Origin: an uncultured delta proteobacterium
Lineage (GTDB): Bacteria; Desulfobacterota; Desulfomonilia; UBA1062
Direction: 5' to 3'
DNA length: 64,000 nt
Assembly (NCBI GenBank): GCA_963752595.1
Contig: CAVVYZ010000030.1
Location: forward strand, 32,001-96,000
Shown here piece by piece: positions 41,379 to 53,965 of the stretch. The notes under the pieces were generated by a model. That model made no database searches. It had not been told where the DNA came from and was given only the letters and a program-made list of their open reading frames with translations. Numbering within the stretch: the stretch's first letter is position 1; each line of letters opens with the position of its first letter. Made by a program: the position numbers and the translations under genes.

Positions 41379-42578
41379 CTACAGAGACATTGATACGCTG
41401 CAGTCAGGCCAGTACAAGAGAGTGTGGTCTTCCCCAAGGACAAACGCTCTCACGGGCCCATCCTGGGAAATAACAAAAACCAGGCTGTCATCGTATGCAC
41501 CAGCAAAGGTCATTGCAGAGTTGTGGCGTGTACCGAGCCGTGATGGATCCAGCATTTCTCCTCCTCCTTCCCCAAACCCGTCCGGGCCGGTGATGATGGG
41601 CCCGGGCCATTGAGGTGCAGAAAGCATGGCCCCGAAGCATATAAGGTTCAGCTCTGTGGTAAGGATCACTGCTCCGTCTATCGTCCCTAGCTGAGCAAGA
41701 AACTTTATTCTTTCCACGATGGCCTTTCTCATTGCAATGCTGGTCGCCACATCGAGATCATTTTGGAGAAGCGGCTCCAGCAGATACTGGATGCTGGTCT
41801 TTTCATGAAAACTGAAACGGGGGATGAAATGGCGAATGCGCAAGTTTTCAGAAGGCAGCAGGACGAAAATTGAACCGTGCCCCCGTGCCGCTGCTTCTGA
41901 AAGGAGCAATTCAACAGCATCCCGGTAAATCCGCCAGTATGAATCGCCGTACTTGACATGCAGTGCATGGTCACGGACACAGTTTATCATGTAATGGCCG
42001 AGAGATTTCACGGTGAAGGGTGAGGGTGTCGCCGGGGCAAATTCTCCATTCAGGATGCGCCCGATCTGATTATGGTGGCGCGCAATCAGGAGCGATCCGG
42101 CATTATTGGCATATACGGTGAACAGGTCAGGCCGATAGGCGAGCTCTCCGTAAACCCACAGGGGGATTTCGTTGAAACGTGACGAGGTGGGAGAGAACGT
42201 AAAGATGCCCCAGATAGTCAGTTCGTCTCCGGCGGTCGCTGGTCCGACAGCCATGGCACTGACGGTGGGGTCGAGGGCCGGGGCCAGCTTGGCTATCGAA
42301 TCTACGGTCAGGGGCAGTGGGTTTTTGAGGTGGAGGAGATATTCCGGAGGCCTCTTCACCATGCTCGATCTCCCTCCGATTTCAGGATCTGCCATAACGA
42401 GAGCGAAGCGGATAGGGCGCCCTTCTTCTCTTTCAAGGCTTGCGAGAAATGCAATTTCAACGACTTTCTTTATCTGGTTGAAGGGGGGCAGGGGGTTATA
42501 GATTTTCTCCTGAAGCGGGTGAGCCTGATCCAAGGACCACGTTTCAATTATTTTTTGAATGATATGATCCTCAAGCAT
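41379..42578 (-). CDS. DACNV-type sensor domain fused to a DisA_N/DAC-like diadenylate cyclase domain
   Basis: N-terminal AF.ASL..EEGR..RF, LAPA and IWGI; C-terminal IDGAVI..FGA, GTRHNSA, VISQDG. Confidence 0.8.
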   Translation of the reverse strand: MLEDHIIQKIIETWSLDQAHPLQEKIYNPLPPFNQIKKVVEIAFLASLEREEGRPIRFALVMADPEIGGRSSMVKRPPEYLLHLKNPLPLTVDSIAKLAPALDPTVSAMAVGPATAGDELTIWGIFTFSPTSSRFNEIPLWVYGELAYRPDLFTVYANNAGSLLIARHHNQIGRILNGEFAPATPSPFTVKSLGHYMINCVRDHALHVKYGDSYWRIYRDAVELLLSEAAARGHGSIFVLLPSENLRIRHFIPRFSFHEKTSIQYLLEPLLQNDLDVATSIAMRKAIVERIKFLAQLGTIDGAVILTTELNLICFGAMLSAPQWPGPIITGPDGFGEGGGEMLDPSRLGTRHNSAMTFAGAYDDSLVFVISQDGPVRAFVLGEDHTLLYWPDCSVSMSL

Positions 42579-42849
42579 TAATCATATAGTATATCCCTGA
42601 ATAAGCGTATCTCAATGCAAGCGGGTCAGCCCGATGCATGAATATGCATCCTTTGTTTCGTCATGGTCATCAAAATAGTACTGCAGGGTATTCGAACGTA
42701 TACGCAGCCTTGATGAGTGAGCCCTTGTCGGCAGTGCACGGTAATGTGATCGGTCGGGAAGAAAATGACTGGGTTACCGGTGGTGTCGTTTTGTAATACC
42801 TTTCTTCCGGGAGGCCACTTGTAAAACAGCAAAGGAAAGAGGCATAGTT

Positions 42850-44781
42850 ATGCAAGACAAAGAACATCACGTGCACAATGAGACGGTAAGAGCAGACCCG
42901 GTCTGTGAGACGATTGAGATCTTCGATAAGCTGGATATGGGGGTTATACGCATTGATCACTCTTCACATCTTACCTATTCAAACCCTCCGGCACGGGAAA
43001 TTCTCCAGATGCCGAGTGAAGAATTTGAAGGGAGGCTGATCTGGGACTTCCTTCCGGCCCCTCTTGCAAGGCAGCTTTCCGAAGAGCTTGACCTTACCCG
43101 CAAGGATAGTGCGGTTGTAAGCTTTGATTCATATTATGCAGAGCCGCAGCCCCTCTGGCTTCATTTCCGGTGCCTGCCTACCCGTGAAGGGGTCACCGTT
43201 TTCTTTGAAGATATCACTGAGATCAAGAATGCGCAGGAGTCCCTGAGAAAGTCCAATGAGGATCTTGAGCAGCGGGTTCAGGAGCGGACAAAAAATTTAC
43301 AGCAGGCGAGCCGGAGGCTGGAGGAACAAAAGGAACTCCTGCTGACGATCATCGATAATATCCCTGTCATGCTGACCTTCTACGATCCTCCTGGGACTGT
43401 CAGACTGGTAAACAGGGAGTTCGAGCGGCTTGCCGGATGGTCTCTGGAAGAAGCCCGGAGCATGAACCTCGTGGCGGCTATTTTCCCCGATCCCATTTAC
43501 CGCAAAGGCGTTTGGGAATCCATGATGAATGCAAGGCCCGGATGGAAAGACCTTGAGCTGACCACGCGCTCGGGGAAGCTCATGCATAGCTCCTGGGCAA
43601 ATGTCCGCCTCTCGGACGGCTCGTTGATCGGCATCGGGATCGATATCAGTGCCCGCAAGAAGATGGAGCAGGACCTCCTGCGCCTGGCCAGTGCCATCGA
43701 ACAGGCCGACGAAGGGATCATGATCCTCAACCAGCAATGGGAAATCGAATACGTAAATCCCGCCTATGTGAATATCAGCGGATTTCAGAAACAGGAACTG
43801 ATCAATAAACCGGTATATTTTCTTGAAAGCTTTTTTATCGACAATACCTATCAGGAGATAATCCGAAGGGTTAAGAAAGAAGGAAAGGCGTGGAGCGGCC
43901 ACCAGAAAAGGAAGAGGGCATCAGGTGAACTCATCGAGGTGAACCTCACTGTATCGCCGGTGTTCGGGGCACAGAACGAAATCATCAATTATGTGTTTCT
44001 GGCCAAGGATATTACTGAGGAGATACGGTTCCAGCAGCAGCTTCTCCAGGTACAAAAGATGGAAGCTATCGGCAATCTGGCAGGAGGCATTGCCCATAAT
44101 CTAAAAAGCGCTTTTACCCCTATTTTGATCGACACGGAGATACTCATGGAAGACCTGGGAAACCAGAACCCGTCCTATCCTATTCTGGAAGAGATGCTCA
44201 AGGCAACTCATCAGGGGATAGATCTGGTAAGGCATCTCCTTACGTTCAGCCGACGGACTCCCCAGAGAAAAAAGCCAATAGATGTCGTGCCCATCGTACG
44301 GGAAGCTTTGAACTTCCTCAGGGCATCCTTGCCGAGTACCATCGAGATCCGTCCCCGGATCGATGAAGATAAAGCCATGACCCTTGCAGACGCAACGCAA
44401 ATCAAGCAGGTCCTGATTAATCTGGGCAGTAATGCAGGGTATTCCATGGAAAAGCAGGGAGGAATTCTGGAAGTGGATCTCGGCACCGAAAACATAGATG
44501 CAGAATCAGCCGTACGGGTGTCGCCCGATCTTGCCGCCGGGTCTTATATCCGGATCAAGGTTCGTGATGCAGGGCAAGGCATCAATGAAAAGGCAATAGA
44601 ACATATTTTCGAACCTTTCTTCACGACCAGAGGAGATGGTGAGGGTGCAGGTCTGGGTTTATCGGTCGTGCACGGGATCATAAAAGACCATAACGGGACC
44701 GTTGCTGTGGAGAGTATGCCGGATGCAGGAACAACCTTTACGGTGTTCCTGCCCAAACTGAAGGAGAACCCTACGAGCTAG
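42850..44781 (+). CDS. Multi-PAS sensor histidine kinase
   Basis: Three PAS/PAC units, QKMEAIGNLAGGIAHN, QVLINL..NA, DAGQGI, IFEPFFTT, GLGL. Confidence 0.92.
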   Translation: MQDKEHHVHNETVRADPVCETIEIFDKLDMGVIRIDHSSHLTYSNPPAREILQMPSEEFEGRLIWDFLPAPLARQLSEELDLTRKDSAVVSFDSYYAEPQPLWLHFRCLPTREGVTVFFEDITEIKNAQESLRKSNEDLEQRVQERTKNLQQASRRLEEQKELLLTIIDNIPVMLTFYDPPGTVRLVNREFERLAGWSLEEARSMNLVAAIFPDPIYRKGVWESMMNARPGWKDLELTTRSGKLMHSSWANVRLSDGSLIGIGIDISARKKMEQDLLRLASAIEQADEGIMILNQQWEIEYVNPAYVNISGFQKQELINKPVYFLESFFIDNTYQEIIRRVKKEGKAWSGHQKRKRASGELIEVNLTVSPVFGAQNEIINYVFLAKDITEEIRFQQQLLQVQKMEAIGNLAGGIAHNLKSAFTPILIDTEILMEDLGNQNPSYPILEEMLKATHQGIDLVRHLLTFSRRTPQRKKPIDVVPIVREALNFLRASLPSTIEIRPRIDEDKAMTLADATQIKQVLINLGSNAGYSMEKQGGILEVDLGTENIDAESAVRVSPDLAAGSYIRIKVRDAGQGINEKAIEHIFEPFFTTRGDGEGAGLGLSVVHGIIKDHNGTVAVESMPDAGTTFTVFLPKLKENPTS

Positions 44782-44828
44782 GGAAAGGGTGCAGCCGTTT
44801 GATCCGGGCTTAAAGGCCGATCAGTCTT

Positions 44829-45353
44829 TTACAGCTTCACCACGACGCATTCTTTCTGGAGCCTGCTGCTGAGCGTGCCGCAGTACCTTTCGGCCACTTC
44901 ACGGGTATGGAAATTTCCCCATCTCACGATATACCACCGGCTGTTGTCATCGACCAAGCACCGCAGGTGGGTTTTGCCTTCGAGCTCGGCTGCGTACTGC
45001 TTTGCTGCCTCGAGGGATTTGAACGAAGCGATCTGCACGCTGAAACTCTCACCGGACGAAGACTGGCTTTTATCCTTGAGCAGGAGGATGTCCCAGTAGG
45101 AGTATTCAAAGCTGTTTGCAGAACTCTTCTGCGGCGCTTCCTTCTCACCCTCGACCGCGCTTTTCTCCGGGCCTTTTGATACGAGCTTGTTCAGTTTCGT
45201 TTCCAGGGGGTCGTAGGAATACTCGGGCCGGGCATTGATCGTGGAAAAGAGAAGGCTCGCCCCGGCAAGGATGCCCAAGGACAGGAAGAGCAAGGCGATG
45301 TTTTTGGGGAGGGACTGTTTTTTGCTATGCTTACGCTTTCTTACCATACCCAC
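44829..45353 (-). CDS. SPOR domain-containing protein (FtsN-like)
   Basis: TM, FEYSYW..L, C-terminal FSVQIASFK..A..WYIVR.G.F..R..A; directly downstream of argS. Confidence 0.8.
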   Translation of the reverse strand: MGMVRKRKHSKKQSLPKNIALLFLSLGILAGASLLFSTINARPEYSYDPLETKLNKLVSKGPEKSAVEGEKEAPQKSSANSFEYSYWDILLLKDKSQSSSGESFSVQIASFKSLEAAKQYAAELEGKTHLRCLVDDNSRWYIVRWGNFHTREVAERYCGTLSSRLQKECVVVKL

Positions 45354-47028
<1,675 letters not shown>

Positions 47029-47224
47029 GAATGGTTCCTCTTTACACGGCCTTGGTTCAAAGATATTATTATCCCATGGACTTCGATGCCTCATGTAATA
47101 TCAAATTCCTGTCATTTGTCCAGGGATTTTGATCAGAAAAACCGGTTACGAACATTTTGCACCGATGTTCATGAGAATGGCCATGCCTCCGGAAGCCGGG
47201 CAATGGCGGTAAACTGTTTGTATA

Positions 47225-47253
47225 TTGACATCAATGCTGAGAGACTCTATAAA
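47225..47253 (+). promoter_or_regulatory. Sigma70 promoter of the hrcA-grpE-dnaK operon
   Basis: TTGACA (47225-47230), 17-bp spacer, TATAAA (47248-47253). Confidence 0.75.
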
Positions 47254-47258
47254 CATTG

Positions 47259-47285
47259 TTAGCAGATAAGGTAAGCGAGTGCTAA
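47259..47285 (+). promoter_or_regulatory. CIRCE operator (HrcA binding site)
   Basis: TTAGCAGAT-N9-GAGTGCTAA versus consensus TTAGCACTC-N9-GAGTGCTAA, between the promoter and hrcA. Confidence 0.88.
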
Positions 47286-47290
47286 GATTA

Positions 47291-48329
47291 ATGACGTACC
47301 ACTTAGCGAACGAGATAAAAGCATACTGGGTGCAATCATTCAGGAGTACGTATAGACCGGAGAGCCGGTGGGATCAAGGATCGTAGCCCGGAAGTACATG
47401 CTCGCCCTTTCTCCGGCAACGATCCGCAATGTCATGGCCGATCTCGAGGAGATGGGGCTGCTGTACCAGCCCCATATTTCTGCCGGGAGGATCCCGACAC
47501 CGGAAGGGTTCCGCTATTACCTGAGCGAAATCATGGAGATCCAGGCATTGCCCAAGGGGGAGAAGAATCATGATCTCCCGTCACATGGCCACGGGCCATG
47601 GGGGATGTCAAGGAAACACTCCGGGAGGCATCCAGCCTGCTTTCCCAGATATCCCGGAATGCCTCGATCGTCATCCTGCCCAAGCTGGAGACCTTCCTGT
47701 TCAAGCGCATCGATTTCGTCAGGCTCGATGAAAGCAGGATCCTGGTGATATCTGGTGAGCAGGGCAGGAATGGTTTACAATCATATCGTCTACGGAGAAG
47801 ATGTATCCCAGGACCTCCTGGTCAAGTACTCGAATTACCTGAATGAGACTTATGCGGACCTTACCATCCATGAGATGAGGGACAGCTCGTCAAGGAGATG
47901 TCGAGCGAAAAGGCAAGGTTCGACATCATCTGGTAAAACAGGCAGTCAGTCTGGGCATGACGGCCCTCGAAAGGCGTTGAAGGCTCGCCGGATATCTACA
48001 TTCAGGGCAAACAGAGCGTTTTCAACAGCCCTGAGATGGCCGATCTCGACAGGTTCAGAGAGATCGTCAACGCCTTTGAAGACAAAGGGCAGATCGTGCG
48101 CATTCTCAACAGGGTTCTCGAAATCCCGGGGGTAAAGGTCCTGCTGGGAGAGGATATGGAGCATTTGGGTATGGACGATTTCAGCCTGGTTGCAAGCGGA
48201 TACTGCCGCAGGGATGTCCCTGTGGGATCACTAGGCGTGATCGGCCCGATCCGGATGGATTACTCACGGGTCATACCTCTGGTGGGATACATGGCCAAAA
48301 TATTGAGCGATCTATTGGAGGACGTGTAG
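47291..48329 (+). CDS. hrcA: Heat-inducible transcription repressor HrcA, interrupted by indels and one in-frame TAG
   Basis: [58 protein letters not shown]. Confidence 0.92.
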
Positions 48330-48330
48330 G

Positions 48331-48883
48331 ATGGAGGAAGAAAGAAAAGATACGATACAGAGAGATGAACAGGGAGTTGATGAGAGACCCGAGTCCCGCG
48401 AAGGAGAAGTAAAAGAAGCCCCGGGATGCATTGACGAAGTTACCGAGCTCAAGGTGCAGGCGGAGGAATACAAGGACCGATACTTGCGTTCCTGCGCCGA
48501 GATGGATAATATGAGGAAGCGTTTTGCCCGGGAAAGGCAGGACATTATCAAGTACGGGACGGAAAAGCTGCTGAAGGATTTTCTCCTTGTATACGATGCC
48601 ATCGAGAAGTCGATCCACACGGCGATCGAAAGGCATCCCGATGATGAACAGTTCATTCAAGGGTTAAAGATGACGGAAAAATTGTTTCTTGAAACCTTGA
48701 AAAAACACCAGGTGGAACCTATAGAAACACATGATGTACCCTTTGATCCCAGGTACCATGAAGCCATGATGCAGGAGCAGAAGGAAGATGTGCCCAAAGG
48801 GATGGTAGTGAGAGAGACTCGAAAAAGGATTCATGGTACATGACAGGGTATTGAGACCAGCGAAGGTGACAGTTTCAAGCTGA
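48331..48883 (+). CDS. grpE: Nucleotide exchange factor GrpE (frameshift near the 3' end)
   Basis: YLR..AE.DN.RKR, FDP..HEA, and after the shift GF..HDRVLRPAKV.V. Confidence 0.93.
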
Positions 48884-48913
48884 CAATAGGAGAAAATTAC
48901 AAGGAGGAGAAGC

Positions 48914-50833
48914 ATGGGAAAGATTTTAGGAATTGATCTGGGAACCACCTTTTCCTGCATGGCTATCATGGAGGGTGGTGAACCGAAGGTCATACCAAAC
49001 GCTGAAGGAGCGCGGACGACACCTTCCGTGGTCGCATTTACCAGCAGCGGAGAAAGGCTCGTGGGGCAGGTTGCCAGACGGCAGGCCATAACAAATTCAG
49101 AGAATACTCTCTTTGCGATAAAGCGGCTCATTGGAAGAAAGTATGAAGATGACGAGGTCCAGAAGGATAAAGGAATCATGCCCTTCAAGATCGTCAGGGC
49201 CGATAACGGTGATGCAGCCATCAGCGTTGAAGACCGCAAATATGCATCGCCCGAGATATCGGCCATGGTCCTCCAGAAGTTGAAGATGGACGCCGAGGCA
49301 TATCTCGGAGAGAAGATAGAAGAGGCCGTTATTACGGTTCCTGCCTATTTCAACGACTCCCAGCGCCAGGCGACAAAGGATGCAGGAAAGATCGCCGGCT
49401 TCGAGGTGAAGCGCATCATCAACGAGCCCACGGCGGCAGCCCTTGCCTACGGCCTCGACAGGAAAAAGGAAGAAAAGGTCGCGGTATTCGACTTTGGCGG
49501 AGGGACCTTCGACATCTCCATCCTCGAGATCGGGGACGGCGTCTTCGAGGTGAAGTCCACCAACGGCGACACCCATCTGGGGGGCGAGGACATCGACAAC
49601 CGGATCATCGATTACCTGGTCGCGGAATTCAAGAAGGAGACCGGGGTCGACCTGAGCAAGGACAGGATGGCCCTCCAGCGCCTCAAGGAAGCTGCGGAAA
49701 GGGCAAAGGTAGAGCTCTCATCCATGATGGAGACCGAGATCAACCTGCCCTTCATCACCGCCGACCAGTCAGGGCCGAAGCACCTCAATATGAAGCTGAC
49801 CAGGGCCAAGCTCGAATCCCTGGTGGAAGACATTATCTCAAAACTCGAAGGACCCTGCAGAAAGGCAATGAGCGATGCAGGAATGTCCACGAACGATATC
49901 GACGAGGTCATCCTGGTGGGCGGGCAGACACGTATGCCCAAGGTCCAGCAAAAGGTGAGGGAGATCTTCGGGAAAGAGCCTCACAAGGGAGTGAACCCCG
50001 ATGAGGTCGTGGCAATCGGGGCAGCCATCCAGGGCGGCGTGCTGGGCGGAGAAGTCAAGGATGTGCTTCTGCTCGATGTTACCCCGCTCTCTTTAGGCAT
50101 CGAGACTTTGGGCGGCGTGTTCACGAAGATCATCGAGCGCAACACCACGATCCCGACGAAAAAGACCCAGGTGTTCTCAACAGCGGAGGACAGCCAGAAC
50201 GCCGTTACCATCAGGGTGTTCCAAGGCGAGAGGCCCATGGCAAACGACAACAAGCTCCTCGGACAGTTCGATCTGGTGGGGATCCCGGCGGCGCCGCGCG
50301 GCATCCCGCAGATAGAGGTGAGCTTCGACATCGATGCCAACGGCATTCTTCATGTCTCGGCCAAAGACAAGGCGACCGGCAAGGAGCAGTCCATCAAGAT
50401 AACGAGCTCTTCCGGCTTGAACGAGCAGGATATCAACCGCATGATCCACGAGGCGGAAGAGCACGAATCCGAAGACAAGAAGCGCCAGGCCCTGGTAGAA
50501 GCGAAGAACAGGGCGGATTCCCTGGTCTATACTACGGACAAGACGCTGAAAGAGCACGGCGACAAGGTCGATGCCCAGACCCGGGCAAGCATCGAGAACG
50601 CCTTGGCAGATCTCAAGGATGCCATGAAGAGCGATGATGTCGACCAGATCAACCGGAAGATCGAAACGCTGACCTCTGCTTCCCACAAGCTCGCCGAGGT
50701 GATCTATGCGCAGGCTGCGGGCAGCGGGCCCGGCGGAGCCCAGGCCGGAGCACAAGGCGGCGCAGGAGGGAAACGGCCGGATGAAGACGTCGTGGAGGCG
50801 GAGTTCGAAGAGGTAAAGGGAGACAAGCATTAA
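48914..50833 (+). CDS. dnaK: Molecular chaperone DnaK
   Basis: [51 protein letters not shown]. Confidence 0.99.
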   Translation: MGKILGIDLGTTFSCMAIMEGGEPKVIPNAEGARTTPSVVAFTSSGERLVGQVARRQAITNSENTLFAIKRLIGRKYEDDEVQKDKGIMPFKIVRADNGDAAISVEDRKYASPEISAMVLQKLKMDAEAYLGEKIEEAVITVPAYFNDSQRQATKDAGKIAGFEVKRIINEPTAAALAYGLDRKKEEKVAVFDFGGGTFDISILEIGDGVFEVKSTNGDTHLGGEDIDNRIIDYLVAEFKKETGVDLSKDRMALQRLKEAAERAKVELSSMMETEINLPFITADQSGPKHLNMKLTRAKLESLVEDIISKLEGPCRKAMSDAGMSTNDIDEVILVGGQTRMPKVQQKVREIFGKEPHKGVNPDEVVAIGAAIQGGVLGGEVKDVLLLDVTPLSLGIETLGGVFTKIIERNTTIPTKKTQVFSTAEDSQNAVTIRVFQGERPMANDNKLLGQFDLVGIPAAPRGIPQIEVSFDIDANGILHVSAKDKATGKEQSIKITSSSGLNEQDINRMIHEAEEHESEDKKRQALVEAKNRADSLVYTTDKTLKEHGDKVDAQTRASIENALADLKDAMKSDDVDQINRKIETLTSASHKLAEVIYAQAAGSGPGGAQAGAQGGAGGKRPDEDVVEAEFEEVKGDKH

Positions 50834-50842
50834 AGATGCGAA

Positions 50843-50883
50843 AGGGCAGGGATCCTGATAGATGCTCGATGGATCCTGCCCCT
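50843..50883 (+). terminator. Stem-loop after dnaK
   Basis: GGGCAGGGATCC...GGATCCTGCCCC near-perfect inverted repeat, weak T-tail. Confidence 0.5.
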
Positions 50884-50923
50884 CATTCGTTTCAGCAGAC
50901 TTTTTGTGCGCAGAAGGGGAGCC

Positions 50924-51264
50924 ATGCCGATCTATGAATATAAATGCCTTGCCTGTGGAACCGTGAAAGGGCTGCTCGTACAGGGTTTCAAAGACCCGGA
51001 GGGACTCGCCTGCGAAGCGTGCGGTTCAGCCGACTTGAAGCGCATCATCTCGAGAACCAACTATCACCAGTCCCATTCAGCAGGCTTAATTCCTATGACC
51101 CGAGTGCCAGGCATTCGGAGAGCTTTCTCCAGGACTCACGGAATATCGGGCTTCATGCAGAGCATATGCTTCGGCAGTCAGGGGTAAAGCCAACGGAAGA
51201 ATTCCAGAACAAGATCGAGAGCTTAAGAACCGACCCATCCCGTATACTCAAGGATGAAGGTTGA
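50924..51264 (+). CDS. FmdB family zinc-ribbon protein (one frameshift near 51085)
   Basis: MPIYEYKCLACG...CEACGSADL.RIIS. Confidence 0.85.
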
Positions 51265-51272
51265 CACTACCT

Positions 51273-52370
51273 TTAGAAATTGAACAGCTTCTTCTTTGAC
51301 GGACTCTTCACGTTCTCGCCGGTAGCCTTGGCGAATTCCTGCAGGATCTGCTGCTGTTCCTTGGAGAGCTTTCTGGGTATCTCAACCCGTATTCCCACAT
51401 TGAGCGAACCGCTCCCATGGGACCTCAGATGCTTTATCCCCTTGTCTTTGACCGTATAGATCTCGTTCGGCTGGGTTCCCGGCTTGATTTCCAGGTCTGT
51501 CTCGCCCTCGAGGGTAGGGACCTTGATGGAGGTCCCGAGCGCTGCCTGGACAAAGGAGATATTCGTTTCAATATACAGGTCGTCGCCCTGCCTGATGAAA
51601 GTTTCATGGGGCTTGATATCGATGAAAACGTAGAGATCGCCGGTAGGGCCGCCCATATCCCCGGCTTCTCCCTCTCCGGTGATGCGCATGGTTGCACCGG
51701 CATCTACCCCGGGCGGGATTTTCACCTTGATCTTTTTCTTCCGGGTAATGGTTCCTGAGCCCCTGCAGGTTTTGCATGGTTTGGAAATCACCTTTCCGGT
51801 CCCCCGGCAATGGGCGCAGGTGGTGGATATGGTGAAGAACCCTTGTGTACGGTATACCTGGCCTTTCCCTCCGCAGACGCCGCACGTTTCCGGGGAAGTG
51901 CCCGGTTCGGCGCCGCTGCCGTTGCAGCGGTCGCAGGTTTCGCTCTTGGGGATATCCAGCTCGATCTCGGTGCCTTTGGCAGCCTCTTCCAGAGAGATGG
52001 CCATGTCGTAACGCAGATCGGATCCGCGCGAAGGCCTTCTTCTCTGCGATCTCCTGCCGCCGGAAAAACCGAAGACATCTCCGAAGATATCCGAGAAGCT
52101 GCTGAATATGTCGTCGAAATTGGAGAATCCCTGGAAGCCGCTTCCCTGAAGGCCTTCATGGCCGTACTGGTCGTATATGCGCTTTTTCTCAGTGTCGCTC
52201 AAGACTTCGTACGCTTCGGCAGCCTCTTTGAACTTGGCCTCCGCCTCGTGATCTCCGGGATTCCTGTCCGGATGGTATTTCATTGCAAGCTGCCGGTATG
52301 TCTTCTTGATCTCTTCTGCAGAAGCCGACCGTGCTATTCCAAGGATTTCGTAGTAATCCTTTTTTGTCAT
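51273..52370 (-). CDS. dnaJ: Molecular chaperone DnaJ
   Basis: J-domain HPD, G/F region, four CxxCxGxG repeats, C-terminal domain. Confidence 0.98.
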   Translation of the reverse strand: MTKKDYYEILGIARSASAEEIKKTYRQLAMKYHPDRNPGDHEAEAKFKEAAEAYEVLSDTEKKRIYDQYGHEGLQGSGFQGFSNFDDIFSSFSDIFGDVFGFSGGRRSQRRRPSRGSDLRYDMAISLEEAAKGTEIELDIPKSETCDRCNGSGAEPGTSPETCGVCGGKGQVYRTQGFFTISTTCAHCRGTGKVISKPCKTCRGSGTITRKKKIKVKIPPGVDAGATMRITGEGEAGDMGGPTGDLYVFIDIKPHETFIRQGDDLYIETNISFVQAALGTSIKVPTLEGETDLEIKPGTQPNEIYTVKDKGIKHLRSHGSGSLNVGIRVEIPRKLSKEQQQILQEFAKATGENVKSPSKKKLFNF

Positions 52371-52561
52371 GATTTCTCGTTCAGTGATATCTTCCCTTCC
52401 GCAAGTTCTCTCAGGGCAGTTACGACAGCCCTGTTCTCTTTACGTTTGGAAAGAGTCGGGGCTCCTTTCATGAGCTGTTTGGTGCGCTTCGATGCTGCTA
52501 TTGCAAGCGAAAAGCGGTCATGCACCTTTTCTAAGCAATCTTCAACTGTTACTCGTGCCAT
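52367..52561 (-). CDS. rpoZ: RNA polymerase omega subunit
   Basis: [10 protein letters not shown]...RF.L...A.KR..QL, V.ALRE.A.G. Confidence 0.95.
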   Translation of the reverse strand: MARVTVEDCLEKVHDRFSLAIAASKRTKQLMKGAPTLSKRKENRAVVTALRELAEGKISLNEKS

Positions 52562-52645
52562 TGTATTCCTTCCTGAATCAAAAAGTGAAAGAGTTCTTGC
52601 CACATAATTCAAAAATCGTCAAGACCATTGATGGATAAGGAAACA

Positions 52646-53920
52646 TCAGTCTTCGTAGTTTCCTTTCGGGCCGGCTTGTTCCTTCTTGAACTTTTTGGCC
52701 CGCTCGATGATCTTGTCTTTTGTCCACTCATCGGGGTCTTCGATCCTTTTTGCCTTGGGACCCATATCATGGGATCCTGCTTCCAGGATGGCTTCCATGG
52801 CGAGCGGTGCAGTGTCCGAGGCATTGAAATAGTTGGCCAGGAGGTCATGGATGAAATCCTCCACGCCCTTTTCCATCCTCTCCCGAATGGCTCTCGGCTG
52901 AGCGAGGAGCCTTTTCTCGAAGGGCAGGTTGAGCTTCTTGTAGTCGCCTTTCTTCAGTGATTTACCATCGGCATAGGCAACCATCTCCTGCCAGAGCTCT
53001 TCGCTTACCCCATGGGTGGGGAGCTTGATGAAGTTTCCGGATTCATCGAGGAGGGCATTCCCGTACGGATTGACCTTTACGCCCCAGGATATCATCTGCA
53101 GGGCGGTGGCGACATTGGCCTTGGTGGTCCTGGTTTCGGTGGCGATGCGCTTGAGGCGCTCCATGCTGTTGCCCGAGGTGCCGTGCTGGGCGCCCGATAC
53201 CCCGTACTTTGCCAGGGCCTCGTGGATTTCCCTGGTCAGCTCCACCTGAATGCCGGCATCGCTTTCTTCGATGCCGTGGGTTGTCCCGTTGTTGAGCGCG
53301 ATCCAGTCAGGGAAGATGCCGTGGGCATTCAATCCCTGGATGAGAAAGAGCGCCTCTTCCGGGGTGGAAAGGCCTGTCTTCCCCTTGATTTCACCCACTT
53401 CGGTTTCATATCCTGCCCAGGAGGGGATGTAAGTGCTCAGCTCGATATTGGCGAGCAGATTTTCTTCTTCGGGCATATGGGAGGCATCAACGGCAACCGA
53501 GGTGATCCCTGCATCGAACATGGAGGGGATATCCACTCTGGCTTTTTCCACCTCGATGGGCTTTTTGAGGCCGAAGTGATCGGCATGGACAGCCACTGGA
53601 ACGGTGATGCCGAGCTCATTGCAGAAGGCATCCACATACTGTGCGAGGTTCCACATATTCTGCAGGCAGTAATCGCTCTCGGACTTGGCGATCTCGATGA
53701 TGATGGCTGCATTTGCCCGCTGTGCGGCTTTCAGCGCGGCCCTGATAACGGAGCTGTTCCTGCCGTTTGCCGCCATGGTCATGGCACGGCCTTTTTTGAG
53801 CATGGCACGGTCAATGACTTTGCCGCTCACGATCAGGGCCTTGGAGTTCGGGAACAGCCTTTTTATGTTCGGCGGCCTGCCTATTTCAAGCACTTTGTTG
53901 AAATCCGCTGGTTTGCTCAT
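52646..53920 (-). CDS. fba: Class II fructose-bisphosphate aldolase
   Basis: HADH, DASH, ETEVGEI, NGTTHG, AQHGTSG, KANVAT; adjacent to fbp. Confidence 0.9.
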   Translation of the reverse strand: MSKPADFNKVLEIGRPPNIKRLFPNSKALIVSGKVIDRAMLKKGRAMTMAANGRNSSVIRAALKAAQRANAAIIIEIAKSESDYCLQNMWNLAQYVDAFCNELGITVPVAVHADHFGLKKPIEVEKARVDIPSMFDAGITSVAVDASHMPEEENLLANIELSTYIPSWAGYETEVGEIKGKTGLSTPEEALFLIQGLNAHGIFPDWIALNNGTTHGIEESDAGIQVELTREIHEALAKYGVSGAQHGTSGNSMERLKRIATETRTTKANVATALQMISWGVKVNPYGNALLDESGNFIKLPTHGVSEELWQEMVAYADGKSLKKGDYKKLNLPFEKRLLAQPRAIRERMEKGVEDFIHDLLANYFNASDTAPLAMEAILEAGSHDMGPKAKRIEDPDEWTKDKIIERAKKFKKEQAGPKGNYED

Positions 53921-53965
53921 ACACGCTCTCCTCTTCTGTGTTTTCTTTCAAGCGTTTTTTTAAGT

